Assembly (NCBI RefSeq): GCF_030013595.1
Contig: NZ_CP122772.1
Length of the DNA stretch: 64,000 nt
Reading direction: 5' to 3' (one strand)
Source: Escherichia coli
GTDB taxonomy: Bacteria; Pseudomonadota; Gammaproteobacteria; Enterobacterales; Enterobacteriaceae
How positions within the stretch are numbered: position 1 is the first letter of the stretch; each line of letters opens with the position of its first letter. The notes below the pieces were generated by a model. The model made no database searches. It saw only the letters and a list, made by a program, of their open reading frames with translations, and was not told the origin of the DNA. Below are positions 8,928-18,600 of this stretch, piece after piece. Both the position numbers and the translations under genes were made by a program.

Positions 8928-11810
8928 ATGGCCATTGATACCATTTATACGATTGCCGGCGGAGCGTGGTTTCAGGATACGCTCAATGGCGTGGCATCGT
9001 TTCTCGACAGCCGTGCGGGCGATGCGCTGATTGCGATGGCCACCGCCGTGTCAGTTATAGTCGGCGCTGCAACCTATATCCGGACCCGTAATATTATGGA
9101 TCTGGTCAAGTGGGCCGGATTTTATGTTCTGGTCATTGCCGTTTTGATTGGTGATAAACGAAGCGTTCAGATTATTGACCTGTCTGAGCCTGCCCGGATT
9201 TATCAGGTGGATAATGTTCCTGCAGGCCTGGCTGCGCCCGCCAGTATGATTACCCGGATCGGTGCCGGTATGGCACAGACGTACGATACCATTTTTGCCC
9301 GCCCTGACGCGCTGACCTACAGTAAAACCGGGATGCTTTTCGGTGCGCAGCTGGCTGCAGGGAGCAGTGATTTCCGGTTCTCTGAGCCGGAGATTCAGCG
9401 TATGTTCTCTGATTACGTCCATAACTGCGTGGTGGGCGATATTATGCTGAACAACAAGTACACCATCGGGGAGCTGATGAATGCGGCCGACCCTTATGCA
9501 CTGATCTTCAGCCGTCCGAGCCCGCTGCGTGGGCTCTACGATAAAAATCGCAATTTTCTGACCTGCGAACAGGCTGCCACCAGAATAAACACGGATTCCG
9601 GTGATATTTCCGGGGCGAATACGTCCCCATTTCTGAAACAGATCCTGAATACGTTACATGGTTTCACTGATCAGGTGTTTGGTCAGACGAATGGTGCGCA
9701 ATCTGCGCTGTTCACTGAAATGCTGGGGGACAGCTATAACTATTTTCATCGTACTTCACTGACATCCACGGAGATCATCCGAAAGAATGTGATAATGAAC
9801 GGTCTGCGCAGCGGACTGGAGAGTTTTTCCGCACTGAGCGGGGATACGGCAGGGCTGGTGAATGTAGCCACGCAGACCTCAATGGCAAAAATGCGACTGT
9901 CACAGGCGACCAGTGCGTCGATTGCGGCTAACACACTACCGGTGATGTACAGCGTACTGTTGGGCATGACAATAGCGCTTTTCCCTGTACTGATTGTGCT
10001 TGCGGTGGTGAGTTCCCTGTCCTGGACCATTATTAAAGGCTATGTCTATACCATCGCCTATCTGCAGATGTGGCCCATCCTGTTCTCCATCCTGAACCAT
10101 GCCATGAACTTCTATCTGCAGGGTAAGCTCAGTGGCACAGCAGTAACGCTGGCTAATTTTGACCAGGTACAGAATACCTACTCGGATATTGGCACAACCG
10201 CCGGCTGGCTGGCGCTGTCCATCCCGTTTATCGCCTGGGGTATGGTGAAAGGTCTGGGACAGGTGGTATCGCAGGCAGGTAACTATCTGGGACAGACCCT
10301 GCAGTCTGCCTCCACGCAATCGTCGTCTCAGACCATTGACGGTAACTGGCACTACAACAATATGACAACCGGGAACGTACAGGGTAACAAGTGGGACACC
10401 AACTACAGCCATCGTGAAGGCCATATGACCAGTCAGCTGGAGAGCGGGGCGATGAAGACGCTGACGAGCTCCGGACAGTCGGTTTACAACACCACAGAAG
10501 CGATTTCAAAACTGCCGGTCGATATTGCGCTGGGTAAAACCGCAACGAGCAGCTGGCAGCAGCAACAGCGTGATGCCATGAGCGAAGCGCAAAGCCTCAC
10601 TAACAGCCTGTCGCAGACATCCAGCCTGGCCGCGTCGCAGATGAGCCAGTGGAGTCAGCAGCGGGGCAACAGCGACACCACCGTGGCGGGCAGTGACATC
10701 TCGAGCAGCAGCAATCTGACCAAAGCGCTGAATACCATTCAGTCGATTGGTAACCGCTATGCCCGCGATGAAAATGTCAGTCTGGCTGAAGCCGTGAGAG
10801 AAGCCGCGACAAAAAGTCAGGAGGCGAGTGCAGGTGGAGGCCTTCAGGTTTCATTTGATACAGATCGCCATATACTCGGTAAAATTGGTGGGCTGGCAAC
10901 AGGACTTAAAGGCTCTGCTGAAGGGCATGTCAAATACGCTGGCCGAAGTGGATCTTCGCACGGGACCAGTTCCGATCTGACCCGCCAGGGCGGGACCAGT
11001 AAAGGGTTCAGTGCTCAGGAGCTTAAAGATTTTCGCGATGCAATGGATGTGGTGGCCTCCAGCCGTGTCACTGACAGTGGTAGTCATACAGACAATGAGT
11101 CAGCTTCCCTGGCCAGCCAGTTGTCGTCCACCTTCTCCAGCCTGAAGAGTCAGGCGTCACAATATAATGATGCCGTTACCCGTAGCCATGAGTATGCCCA
11201 GCTGGCCAGCTATGCAGAGAACAACAGTGCGAACATTAACCAGAACTACTCGCAGGAGTTTGTCGGGTATGTCACCAGCCAGCGTCCGGGAGAGGCTGAC
11301 CAGCTGCTTTCTGACACTGCCAGCCCGGAAGTGCGGGCAGAACGCGAAAGACTGGTGCAGGCTTTTGTGGAAGAGCGCATAAAGCCGCAGTTGTTACAGC
11401 AATTTGAGCAGAATAAAGCTCGTACCGGAGAGGGGATGGGGAGTGTGTCTTCCTCCTCTGGTGGCGGTGATCTGGAAAGTGAATATCAGGTGCAGCAAAT
11501 GCAAATGGAAAACAGGGCCAACGAAAGCGGCGTGAGACAACAGGGCGATGTCAGTGGTGATGTGTCTGACAAACGTCGTCACGCTGAATCGCAGGTCCAT
11601 GATGAAAAAAATACTGTGATCTCATCCGGCAATACACCGAAGGAAGAATACAACCGCTTGCAGAGTGAGCATGAACAGGGTAATAAAGAATTCGATAAAG
11701 CTAAAAAAGAAGAGGAATACAGGCAGTCAGCAATACCTTTAGATGCTGGAGAGGCAAAAGAAAATATAGATAAGTTGAAAAACGAGATGATAAAACGCAG
11801 TGATTTTTAA
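8928..11810 (+). CDS. traG: TraG mating-pair stabilisation / entry-exclusion protein
   Basis: 960-aa ORF; N-terminal polytopic membrane region and long C-terminal domain; F order. Confidence 0.85.
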   Translation: MAIDTIYTIAGGAWFQDTLNGVASFLDSRAGDALIAMATAVSVIVGAATYIRTRNIMDLVKWAGFYVLVIAVLIGDKRSVQIIDLSEPARIYQVDNVPAGLAAPASMITRIGAGMAQTYDTIFARPDALTYSKTGMLFGAQLAAGSSDFRFSEPEIQRMFSDYVHNCVVGDIMLNNKYTIGELMNAADPYALIFSRPSPLRGLYDKNRNFLTCEQAATRINTDSGDISGANTSPFLKQILNTLHGFTDQVFGQTNGAQSALFTEMLGDSYNYFHRTSLTSTEIIRKNVIMNGLRSGLESFSALSGDTAGLVNVATQTSMAKMRLSQATSASIAANTLPVMYSVLLGMTIALFPVLIVLAVVSSLSWTIIKGYVYTIAYLQMWPILFSILNHAMNFYLQGKLSGTAVTLANFDQVQNTYSDIGTTAGWLALSIPFIAWGMVKGLGQVVSQAGNYLGQTLQSASTQSSSQTIDGNWHYNNMTTGNVQGNKWDTNYSHREGHMTSQLESGAMKTLTSSGQSVYNTTEAISKLPVDIALGKTATSSWQQQQRDAMSEAQSLTNSLSQTSSLAASQMSQWSQQRGNSDTTVAGSDISSSSNLTKALNTIQSIGNRYARDENVSLAEAVREAATKSQEASAGGGLQVSFDTDRHILGKIGGLATGLKGSAEGHVKYAGRSGSSHGTSSDLTRQGGTSKGFSAQELKDFRDAMDVVASSRVTDSGSHTDNESASLASQLSSTFSSLKSQASQYNDAVTRSHEYAQLASYAENNSANINQNYSQEFVGYVTSQRPGEADQLLSDTASPEVRAERERLVQAFVEERIKPQLLQQFEQNKARTGEGMGSVSSSSGGGDLESEYQVQQMQMENRANESGVRQQGDVSGDVSDKRRHAESQVHDEKNTVISSGNTPKEEYNRLQSEHEQGNKEFDKAKKEEEYRQSAIPLDAGEAKENIDKLKNEMIKRSDF

Positions 11811-11819
11811 GAGGGAGAG

Positions 11820-12392
11820 ATGAAAGTAACAACTGATGATTTAAAAAAAGATGTAGAAATGCTTTTTGATGATCTTAAAAGAAATTATGAGATCCCTTCC
11901 AGCTCGAGCTCTATTAAGTTTTTATTTAAGATTATAGCCGTCGCTCTGGTAGTACAGTTTTTTCTAAGTGCTCTAGACTTTTATATTTGGGGGGAGTATA
12001 GGGGAGGTTGTAGGGAAGCGATCATCGTTTATTTTATCGGTTTTTTAGGGGTTTTGCTTCTTCCATCTTTTATACTTATTATCGTTTACCATAATCCCAT
12101 AATGATGATTTCGTGCCTGAGTGATGAAGCAAGGCGAAAGTCAGTATTGCTAAACATTGCCAAGGCTAAACTTCAATATGTCTTATATTTTGCAATAGTA
12201 ACTAATTTGTTGGTTGGGATATGTTTTGCACTAAATGAATCTGGAATGATCGCTTTTATGGGGGGGAGTTGGTTTGTGACGGTCATAATTTCCACATCTA
12301 TTTATAATATGATGATGGCACCCTACGTTACTCCTGCAGTAACCAGTAGTCTTTTGAAAATGAAAGAACTGCTTTCTGAATCTCGGAATTAA
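11820..12392 (+). CDS. traS: TraS-like entry-exclusion inner-membrane protein
   Basis: 190-aa very hydrophobic, AT-rich ORF between traG and traT. Confidence 0.6.
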   Translation: MKVTTDDLKKDVEMLFDDLKRNYEIPSSSSSIKFLFKIIAVALVVQFFLSALDFYIWGEYRGGCREAIIVYFIGFLGVLLLPSFILIIVYHNPIMMISCLSDEARRKSVLLNIAKAKLQYVLYFAIVTNLLVGICFALNESGMIAFMGGSWFVTVIISTSIYNMMMAPYVTPAVTSSLLKMKELLSESRN

Positions 12393-12559
12393 GTCATTTA
12401 TTGGTCATTTCAATACGATTAACCCGCTCAGGCCGTGATATTGATGCGGGTATATTTCTGGTTATAAGATAGCTATTACCTCCCTCTGGGAAGGGAGGCA
12501 TGATAGCAGCACTTCTGAGCATGAAAGATATCATGCTACTTATACGGAAATGAGAAAAT

Positions 12560-13297
12560 ATGAAACAAAACATTAAGTTAATGGCAATGACTGCCATATT
12601 GTCTTCCACTCTGGTGTTATCTGGTTGTGGCGCGATGAGCACAGCAATCAAGAAACGTAATCTTGAAGTGAAAACCCAGATGAGTGAAACCATCTGGCTT
12701 GAACCGTCCTCGCAGAAAACCGTATATCTTCAGATAAAGAATACCTCCGACAAAGACATGTCCGGTCTGCAGGCGAAAGTGACGAAGGCGCTTCAGGATA
12801 AAGGGTATACTGTGACATCCGCGCCGGAAAGCGCATATTACTGGATACAGGCCAATGTCCTCAAAGCCGATAAAATGGATCTGCGTACGGCTCAGGGATT
12901 CCTGAGCCAGGGCTATCAGGGTGCTGCAATGGGGGCGGCGTTAGGGGCAGGTATTACGGCCTATAACTCCAACTCTGCAGGGGCGACATTAGGTGTGGGA
13001 CTTGCTGCCGGTCTCGTGGGAATGGCCGCTGATGCGATGGTTGAAGATATTAACTACACCATGGTCACGGACATTCAGATTTCTGAAAAAACGAATGCCA
13101 CTGTCCAGACCGATAATGTAGCTGCACTGAAACAAGGAACATCCGGATATAAGGTTCAGACCAGTACGCAGACAGGTAATCAGCATAAATACCAGACGCG
13201 TATTGTCTCTTCCGCTAATAAAGTTAATCTCAAGTTTGAAGAAGCTAAACCTGTTCTTGAAGATCAACTGGCGAAATCAGTTGCTAATATCCTGTAA
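12560..13297 (+). CDS. traT: TraT surface-exclusion / serum-resistance lipoprotein
   Basis: 245-aa ORF with lipoprotein signal ([21 protein letters not shown]) typical of TraT. Confidence 0.9.
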   Translation: MKQNIKLMAMTAILSSTLVLSGCGAMSTAIKKRNLEVKTQMSETIWLEPSSQKTVYLQIKNTSDKDMSGLQAKVTKALQDKGYTVTSAPESAYYWIQANVLKADKMDLRTAQGFLSQGYQGAAMGAALGAGITAYNSNSAGATLGVGLAAGLVGMAADAMVEDINYTMVTDIQISEKTNATVQTDNVAALKQGTSGYKVQTSTQTGNQHKYQTRIVSSANKVNLKFEEAKPVLEDQLAKSVANIL

Positions 13298-13438
13298 GAC
13301 TTTCCGGGTGGCCAGCGGTCACCCGTATTAAAACGCTTCTCTGTTATTTTATTCTCCGCAGTAATCAGAATAAACGCGTTCTGTTTGTAAGGTTTTTTCT
13401 GAAGCACCTTCACTGAGTATTATTCTCCGGAAAATATT

Positions 13439-15688
13439 ATGAGTCTGAATCCTCGCGACTTAACGCAGGGTGGTCAGGTTGCTTTTATGCGCCTGAAAAT
13501 GTTCCTGCAAATAAATAACCTGATTTCTTATTATGTCATCATGGGGACAGTGTTATTTGGTATTGCCGTCCTGCTGATGCGAATAAGCATACAGAATCTG
13601 ACCAACGGTATTATTTACTGGTTTGTCCGGGTGATGTCACCTTTTACGGAAAAAATGGTCAGTCAGCCTGTCTATACCATCCGTTATTATGAACATAAGC
13701 TGCAGTACAGCGCCCGCCAGATATTGAGTGACAATTACACCGTATATTGCGGGCAGTTGCTGAAGCAGGAACTGATCATTGCCGGTTGTGCCGCGCTGCT
13801 TGTCGCCTTTGTGGCCACATTTGCCGCGTACTGGTATCTCGGGCGTACCGGTCGCCAGCAGAGTGAGGATGAAATCATCGGGGGGCGCGCCCTCAGTGAG
13901 TCACCAAAAGAAGTCGCCAGGATGATGAAAAAACGCGGAGAAGCATCTGATATCCGTATCGATGACCTGCCGCTGAAGCTGAATTCTGAAATCCAGAACT
14001 TCGCCATGCACGGGACAGTCGGCTCCGGGAAGTCCCAGTTAATGCGTAAGATCCTGAAGCAGCTGCGTGACCGGGGAGACCTGGTGATTATTTATGATAA
14101 GGGCTGCACTTTTGTTGAAGACTTCTACGACGAATCGCGGGACCAGGTGCTTAACGCAAAGGATGCCCGTTGCCCTAACTGGGACATGTGGGAGGAGTGC
14201 CGGGACATCTCCGAACTGGAGAATGCGGCAACAACATTAATCCCCGCCAGTAGTGGTGAAGACCCGTTCTGGCAGGGCAGTGCGCGTACTATTTTTGCAG
14301 AAGGCGCAGAGCGCATGCGCCAGGACAAAGACCGCAGCTACAACAAATTTCTACGTACTCTTCTGGCCATAAAACTGGACCAGCTGCGGACCTTCCTTGC
14401 CGGTACCCCTGCCTCCACACTGGTTGACGGCAAGATTGAGAAAACAGCTATTTCCATCCGAAGTGTGCTGACCAACTATGTCAAGGCAATGCGATACCTG
14501 CAGGGTATCGATCGTCCGGGACGGGAGAAATTCACCATCCGGGAATGGATGAAGGGCCAGGCCGATAAATCGAAGAATGGCTGGTTGTTCATCACTTCTG
14601 ATGAGCAGAATCATGAGTCGCTCAAGCCGTTGATTTCCATGTGGCTCAGTATTGCCGCCACCAGTCTGCTGGCGATGGGGGAAAATCGTCAACGTCGCGT
14701 CTGGTTTTTCTATGACGAGCTGCCCTCACTGCACAAACTGCCCACGCTGCCACGCATTATTGCCGAAGCGCGTAAGTTTGGCGGCTGTTTTGTGCTGGGT
14801 TTTCAGAACTTTGCTCAGATGGAAGAAATCTACGGCCCGAAAGCGGCGGCGGGGCTGTTTGACCTGCTGAATACCAAGTTCTTCTTCCGCTCCCCGAGCG
14901 CCCCGATTGCGAAGTTTGTGGAGGAGGATATCGGGGAAACCCGCCGTCTGAAGTTCAGCGAACAGACCAGCTTTGGCCATGAACAGGTGCGTGACGGTAT
15001 CTCGTTTGGTAAGGAAGAAGAACGCGTCAGTATCATCAGCTACTCCGACGTACAGTCACTGAACGACCTGCAGTGTTTTGTCACTCTGCCGGGAAGTTAT
15101 CCGGTAGTGAAACTCTCGATGAAGTATGAGGCGATGCCTAAAGTGGCAGATTCTCTGCTGTTGCGGGACGTGCAGACGAGCCTCGATCAGACGATTGAGG
15201 ATGAAATTCACCGCCGCAGTGAAGAGGAACGGCACAGGTTTGCCGGCCTGTTCGAAGGAGAATCGTTAATTCAGGCTGTTCCGGGCGGTGCGTATATTCC
15301 GCAGGGTAATCTGTCGAATACGCCTCCTCCTTCTGCCGACCTGGTGGCGGCTGTTCTTGCGGAAGCGAACACGTCTCCTGAGACGCGCACATTACAGACA
15401 GAAGACGCTGCCGGTGATGCAGATACCGAAAACACGGGTTCCACTGCTGTTGCAGCGGAAGGTGGCTCCACCTCCACCGGAGGAACTGAGCGGGATATTG
15501 AGCAGGATTTACCGCAGGATATTCCCCCGGGCCTGAACAACGACGGTGAAGTTGTGGATTTCGAAGCGTATGAGGACAGGGCTCAGACTTCACATCAGAC
15601 CCGCGATATGACCCGCAGGGAAGAGGTCAACATCAACCATGCGACAGAAAAAACGCGTGATTTTGATGACGACAGGGAGGTGTTCTGA
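13439..15688 (+). CDS. traD: TraD type IV coupling protein
   Basis: 749-aa ORF; N-terminal TM segments, Walker A (GTVGSGKS), acidic C-terminal tail. Confidence 0.9.
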   Translation: MSLNPRDLTQGGQVAFMRLKMFLQINNLISYYVIMGTVLFGIAVLLMRISIQNLTNGIIYWFVRVMSPFTEKMVSQPVYTIRYYEHKLQYSARQILSDNYTVYCGQLLKQELIIAGCAALLVAFVATFAAYWYLGRTGRQQSEDEIIGGRALSESPKEVARMMKKRGEASDIRIDDLPLKLNSEIQNFAMHGTVGSGKSQLMRKILKQLRDRGDLVIIYDKGCTFVEDFYDESRDQVLNAKDARCPNWDMWEECRDISELENAATTLIPASSGEDPFWQGSARTIFAEGAERMRQDKDRSYNKFLRTLLAIKLDQLRTFLAGTPASTLVDGKIEKTAISIRSVLTNYVKAMRYLQGIDRPGREKFTIREWMKGQADKSKNGWLFITSDEQNHESLKPLISMWLSIAATSLLAMGENRQRRVWFFYDELPSLHKLPTLPRIIAEARKFGGCFVLGFQNFAQMEEIYGPKAAAGLFDLLNTKFFFRSPSAPIAKFVEEDIGETRRLKFSEQTSFGHEQVRDGISFGKEEERVSIISYSDVQSLNDLQCFVTLPGSYPVVKLSMKYEAMPKVADSLLLRDVQTSLDQTIEDEIHRRSEEERHRFAGLFEGESLIQAVPGGAYIPQGNLSNTPPPSADLVAAVLAEANTSPETRTLQTEDAAGDADTENTGSTAVAAEGGSTSTGGTERDIEQDLPQDIPPGLNNDGEVVDFEAYEDRAQTSHQTRDMTRREEVNINHATEKTRDFDDDREVF

Positions 15689-18600
15689 TGCTCTCCATTT
15701 CCTCCATCAAGGGTGATGCGGGCTACTACAGTCATGAAGACAACTACTACGCCAGCGGTTCACTGGAGTCCCGCTGGATGGGTGAGGGAGCTGAGAAACT
15801 GGGACTGAAGGGTGAAGTTGCCAGCGCCGATATGGATGCTGTGCGTCAGGGTAAACTTCCGGACGGTTCAGATCTCTCCCGTATGGTAAATGGTGTGAAT
15901 AAGCACCGCAGCGGCTACGACCTGACGTTTTCTGCCCCCAAAAGTGTCTCCGTCATGGCGCTGGTCGGGGAAGACCGACGCTTTATTGAGGCGCATAACC
16001 GGGCTGTAGCGGTGGTGATGCAGGAGGTTGAGAAGCTGGTCAGTGCGCGCATTACAGAAGAGGGTAAGACGGAAACAGTACTTACCGGCAACATGGTGGC
16101 CGCACTCTATAACCATGATACGTCCCGTGACCTCGACCCGCAGTTGCATACCCACGCTCTGGTCTTTAACGCCACGTTTGCTAATGAAAAATGGCGGTCG
16201 CTGGCCAGTGATACCCGCATGAAAACGGGGTTCTCCGAGAATCTGTATGCCACCAAGATAGCGCTGGGAAACCTGTATCGTTCTGCTTTACGTGAAGACG
16301 TTGAGTCGATGGGATTTGAAACTGTCGCGGCCGGAAAGAATGGTCTGTGGGAGCTGAAGGATGTCCCTGTCGATGTTTTTTCCTCACGCAGTCAGACTAT
16401 CCGGGAGGCCGCCGGCCCGGACGCGTCCGCCAAATCCCGCGACGTTGCCGCGCTCGATACCCGTCAGGCCAAAGCCTGGGCCGACCCGGAGCTGCTGAAA
16501 GCTGACTGGCGCCGGCGGCTGGCCGATGAAAAATTTGATATCGATGGCTACATCAGACAGGCGCAGGCGCGCGTGGAGGTTCCTGGTGCTGTTGCAGGTA
16601 GACATAGCGGTATACATGCACCGGACCTGTCGGGAGGCGCGTCTTTCGGCGAGATTGCTGACGAGCAGGTGCGGAAAGCTGTCAGCGACACGATTTCGGC
16701 GTTGTCGGAGAAAAAGGTCCAGTTCACCTGGTCGGAGATGCTGGCCGGTACGGTCAACCGTCTGCCTTCCGCACCCGGTCTGTTTGAGCAGGCCCGGGCC
16801 GGCATCGATGCCGCGATTGAAGGGCAGCGTCTTATCCCTCTGGACCGTGAGAAGGGGATATTCACCTCTGATATCCACCTGCTGAATGAACTCAGCGTCC
16901 ATCAGCTGGCGCGCACGGCCATTCAGGAACAGACCGTGCTGCTCTTTCCTGAACGGGCACAGGAACGCGATATACCGGCAGGTGATGCTGTCTCTGTTCT
17001 GACGCAGGACAAAAGCCCGGTGGCCATTCTCAGTGGTCGCGGAGGCGCGCAGGCCCTGCGTGAGCGCACGGAAGACGTGGCCATGATGGCCCGTTCACAG
17101 GGCCGTGAGGTGATGGTGATTGCAGCCGACGGTCGCAGTGGCCAGTTTATGTCAGAAAGTCCGCATCTGGCAGGCCATGTGATGCTGCGCTCGCAGATGA
17201 ACGCTGACACCGTATTGCCGGTGCAGGGAACGGTCATCGTTGACCGCGCGGAGCGGCTGTCGCTGAAAGAGACGGTGCTGCTGCAGGAAAAGGCGCTCAG
17301 TGCCGGGGCACAACTGATATTCATGGATACAGAGAACCGGCAGGGAACGGGGAATGCCCTGTCTGTGCTGAAAGAAGCCGGTATCCCGCAGTACCGGTTT
17401 TATGGCACACAACTGCCGGCGGTGCGACTGGTCAGCGAGGCAGACAAGCGAAGTCGTTATGGCCAGCTGGCACAGGACTATGTGCGCCTGTCGGCGGAAG
17501 GGCGGGATGTCGTGGCCCAGGTGACCGGTGCCCGGGAGCAGCAGCAACTGACGGATGTCATCCGCGACGCACGTCGTGAAGCCGGGGAGCTGGGCAGGGA
17601 GCAGATGACAATCCGGGTGCTGGAGCCTGTGTGGCTGGACAGCAAAACCCGTCATCAGCGCGATAATTACCGCGCCGGGATGGTGATGGAACAGTGGGAC
17701 GCTGAGAAGAAAATGATGACACGTCACACCATTGACCGTGTGGCTGAGGCCACCAACAGCCTGGTTCTGCTGGGAGAAGACGGCAGTCGCCTGACGCTGA
17801 AGGTCTCGCAGCTTGACGGCAGCTGGAGCCTGTACCGCAGCCGGACGCTGGCAGTTTCAGAGGGGGACCGCGTCAGGGCGCTGGGTCGTGAGCTGAAGGG
17901 GGCCATCAAAGCGAAGGAGCAGTTCACGGTGACTGCTCTGGAGAACGGTGCGATACGGTTGCGCAGTGGTGACCGGGAACTGCGCCTGCCCACTGAGCGG
18001 GCCGTGAAGCTGGCCCACGATTATGTGGAGGGGACCGGTGCCGGAACGAGTGTTTCCCGGACAGTGCTGGCCGCAGTCGGGCCACGAGCACTGAATAAAC
18101 AGGTCCTGAACGCGCTGGCGCAGAGCGGCGGTGACATCCGGATTTATACGCCACTGGAAACCGGACAGGCTGCACGTAAAGTGGAGAGCGTGTCTGCCGT
18201 CCGGCTTGCCAGTGACCAGGTCCGCCAGTCGACCGGCGAGGCAAATCTGGATACCGCCATACAGGCCAGCCGGGAGCGTCTGATGTCAGATGCAGAGCAG
18301 GCGGTGAATCTGGCCATCCCGCGCGCGCAGCAGGGACAGGTCCATCTCAGTGAACTTACCCTGCTGGCCGAAGCAGTGAAGTCGGGTCAGCGGCTGGCGG
18401 ATGTCCGGGCTGAAATCGCCCGGCAGGTGAGCAGCGGGGAACTGATTCAGCTGGATTCGGTTGCCGGAGCGGGAAACAGGATTCTTGTTCCGCGTGTGGC
18501 GTATGAGATGGAAAAGAGCATCATCCGCCATATTGCTGAGGGTAAGGATGCCGTACAGCCCCTGATGTCGCTGACGCCTGCTTCGGTACTGTCAGGTCTG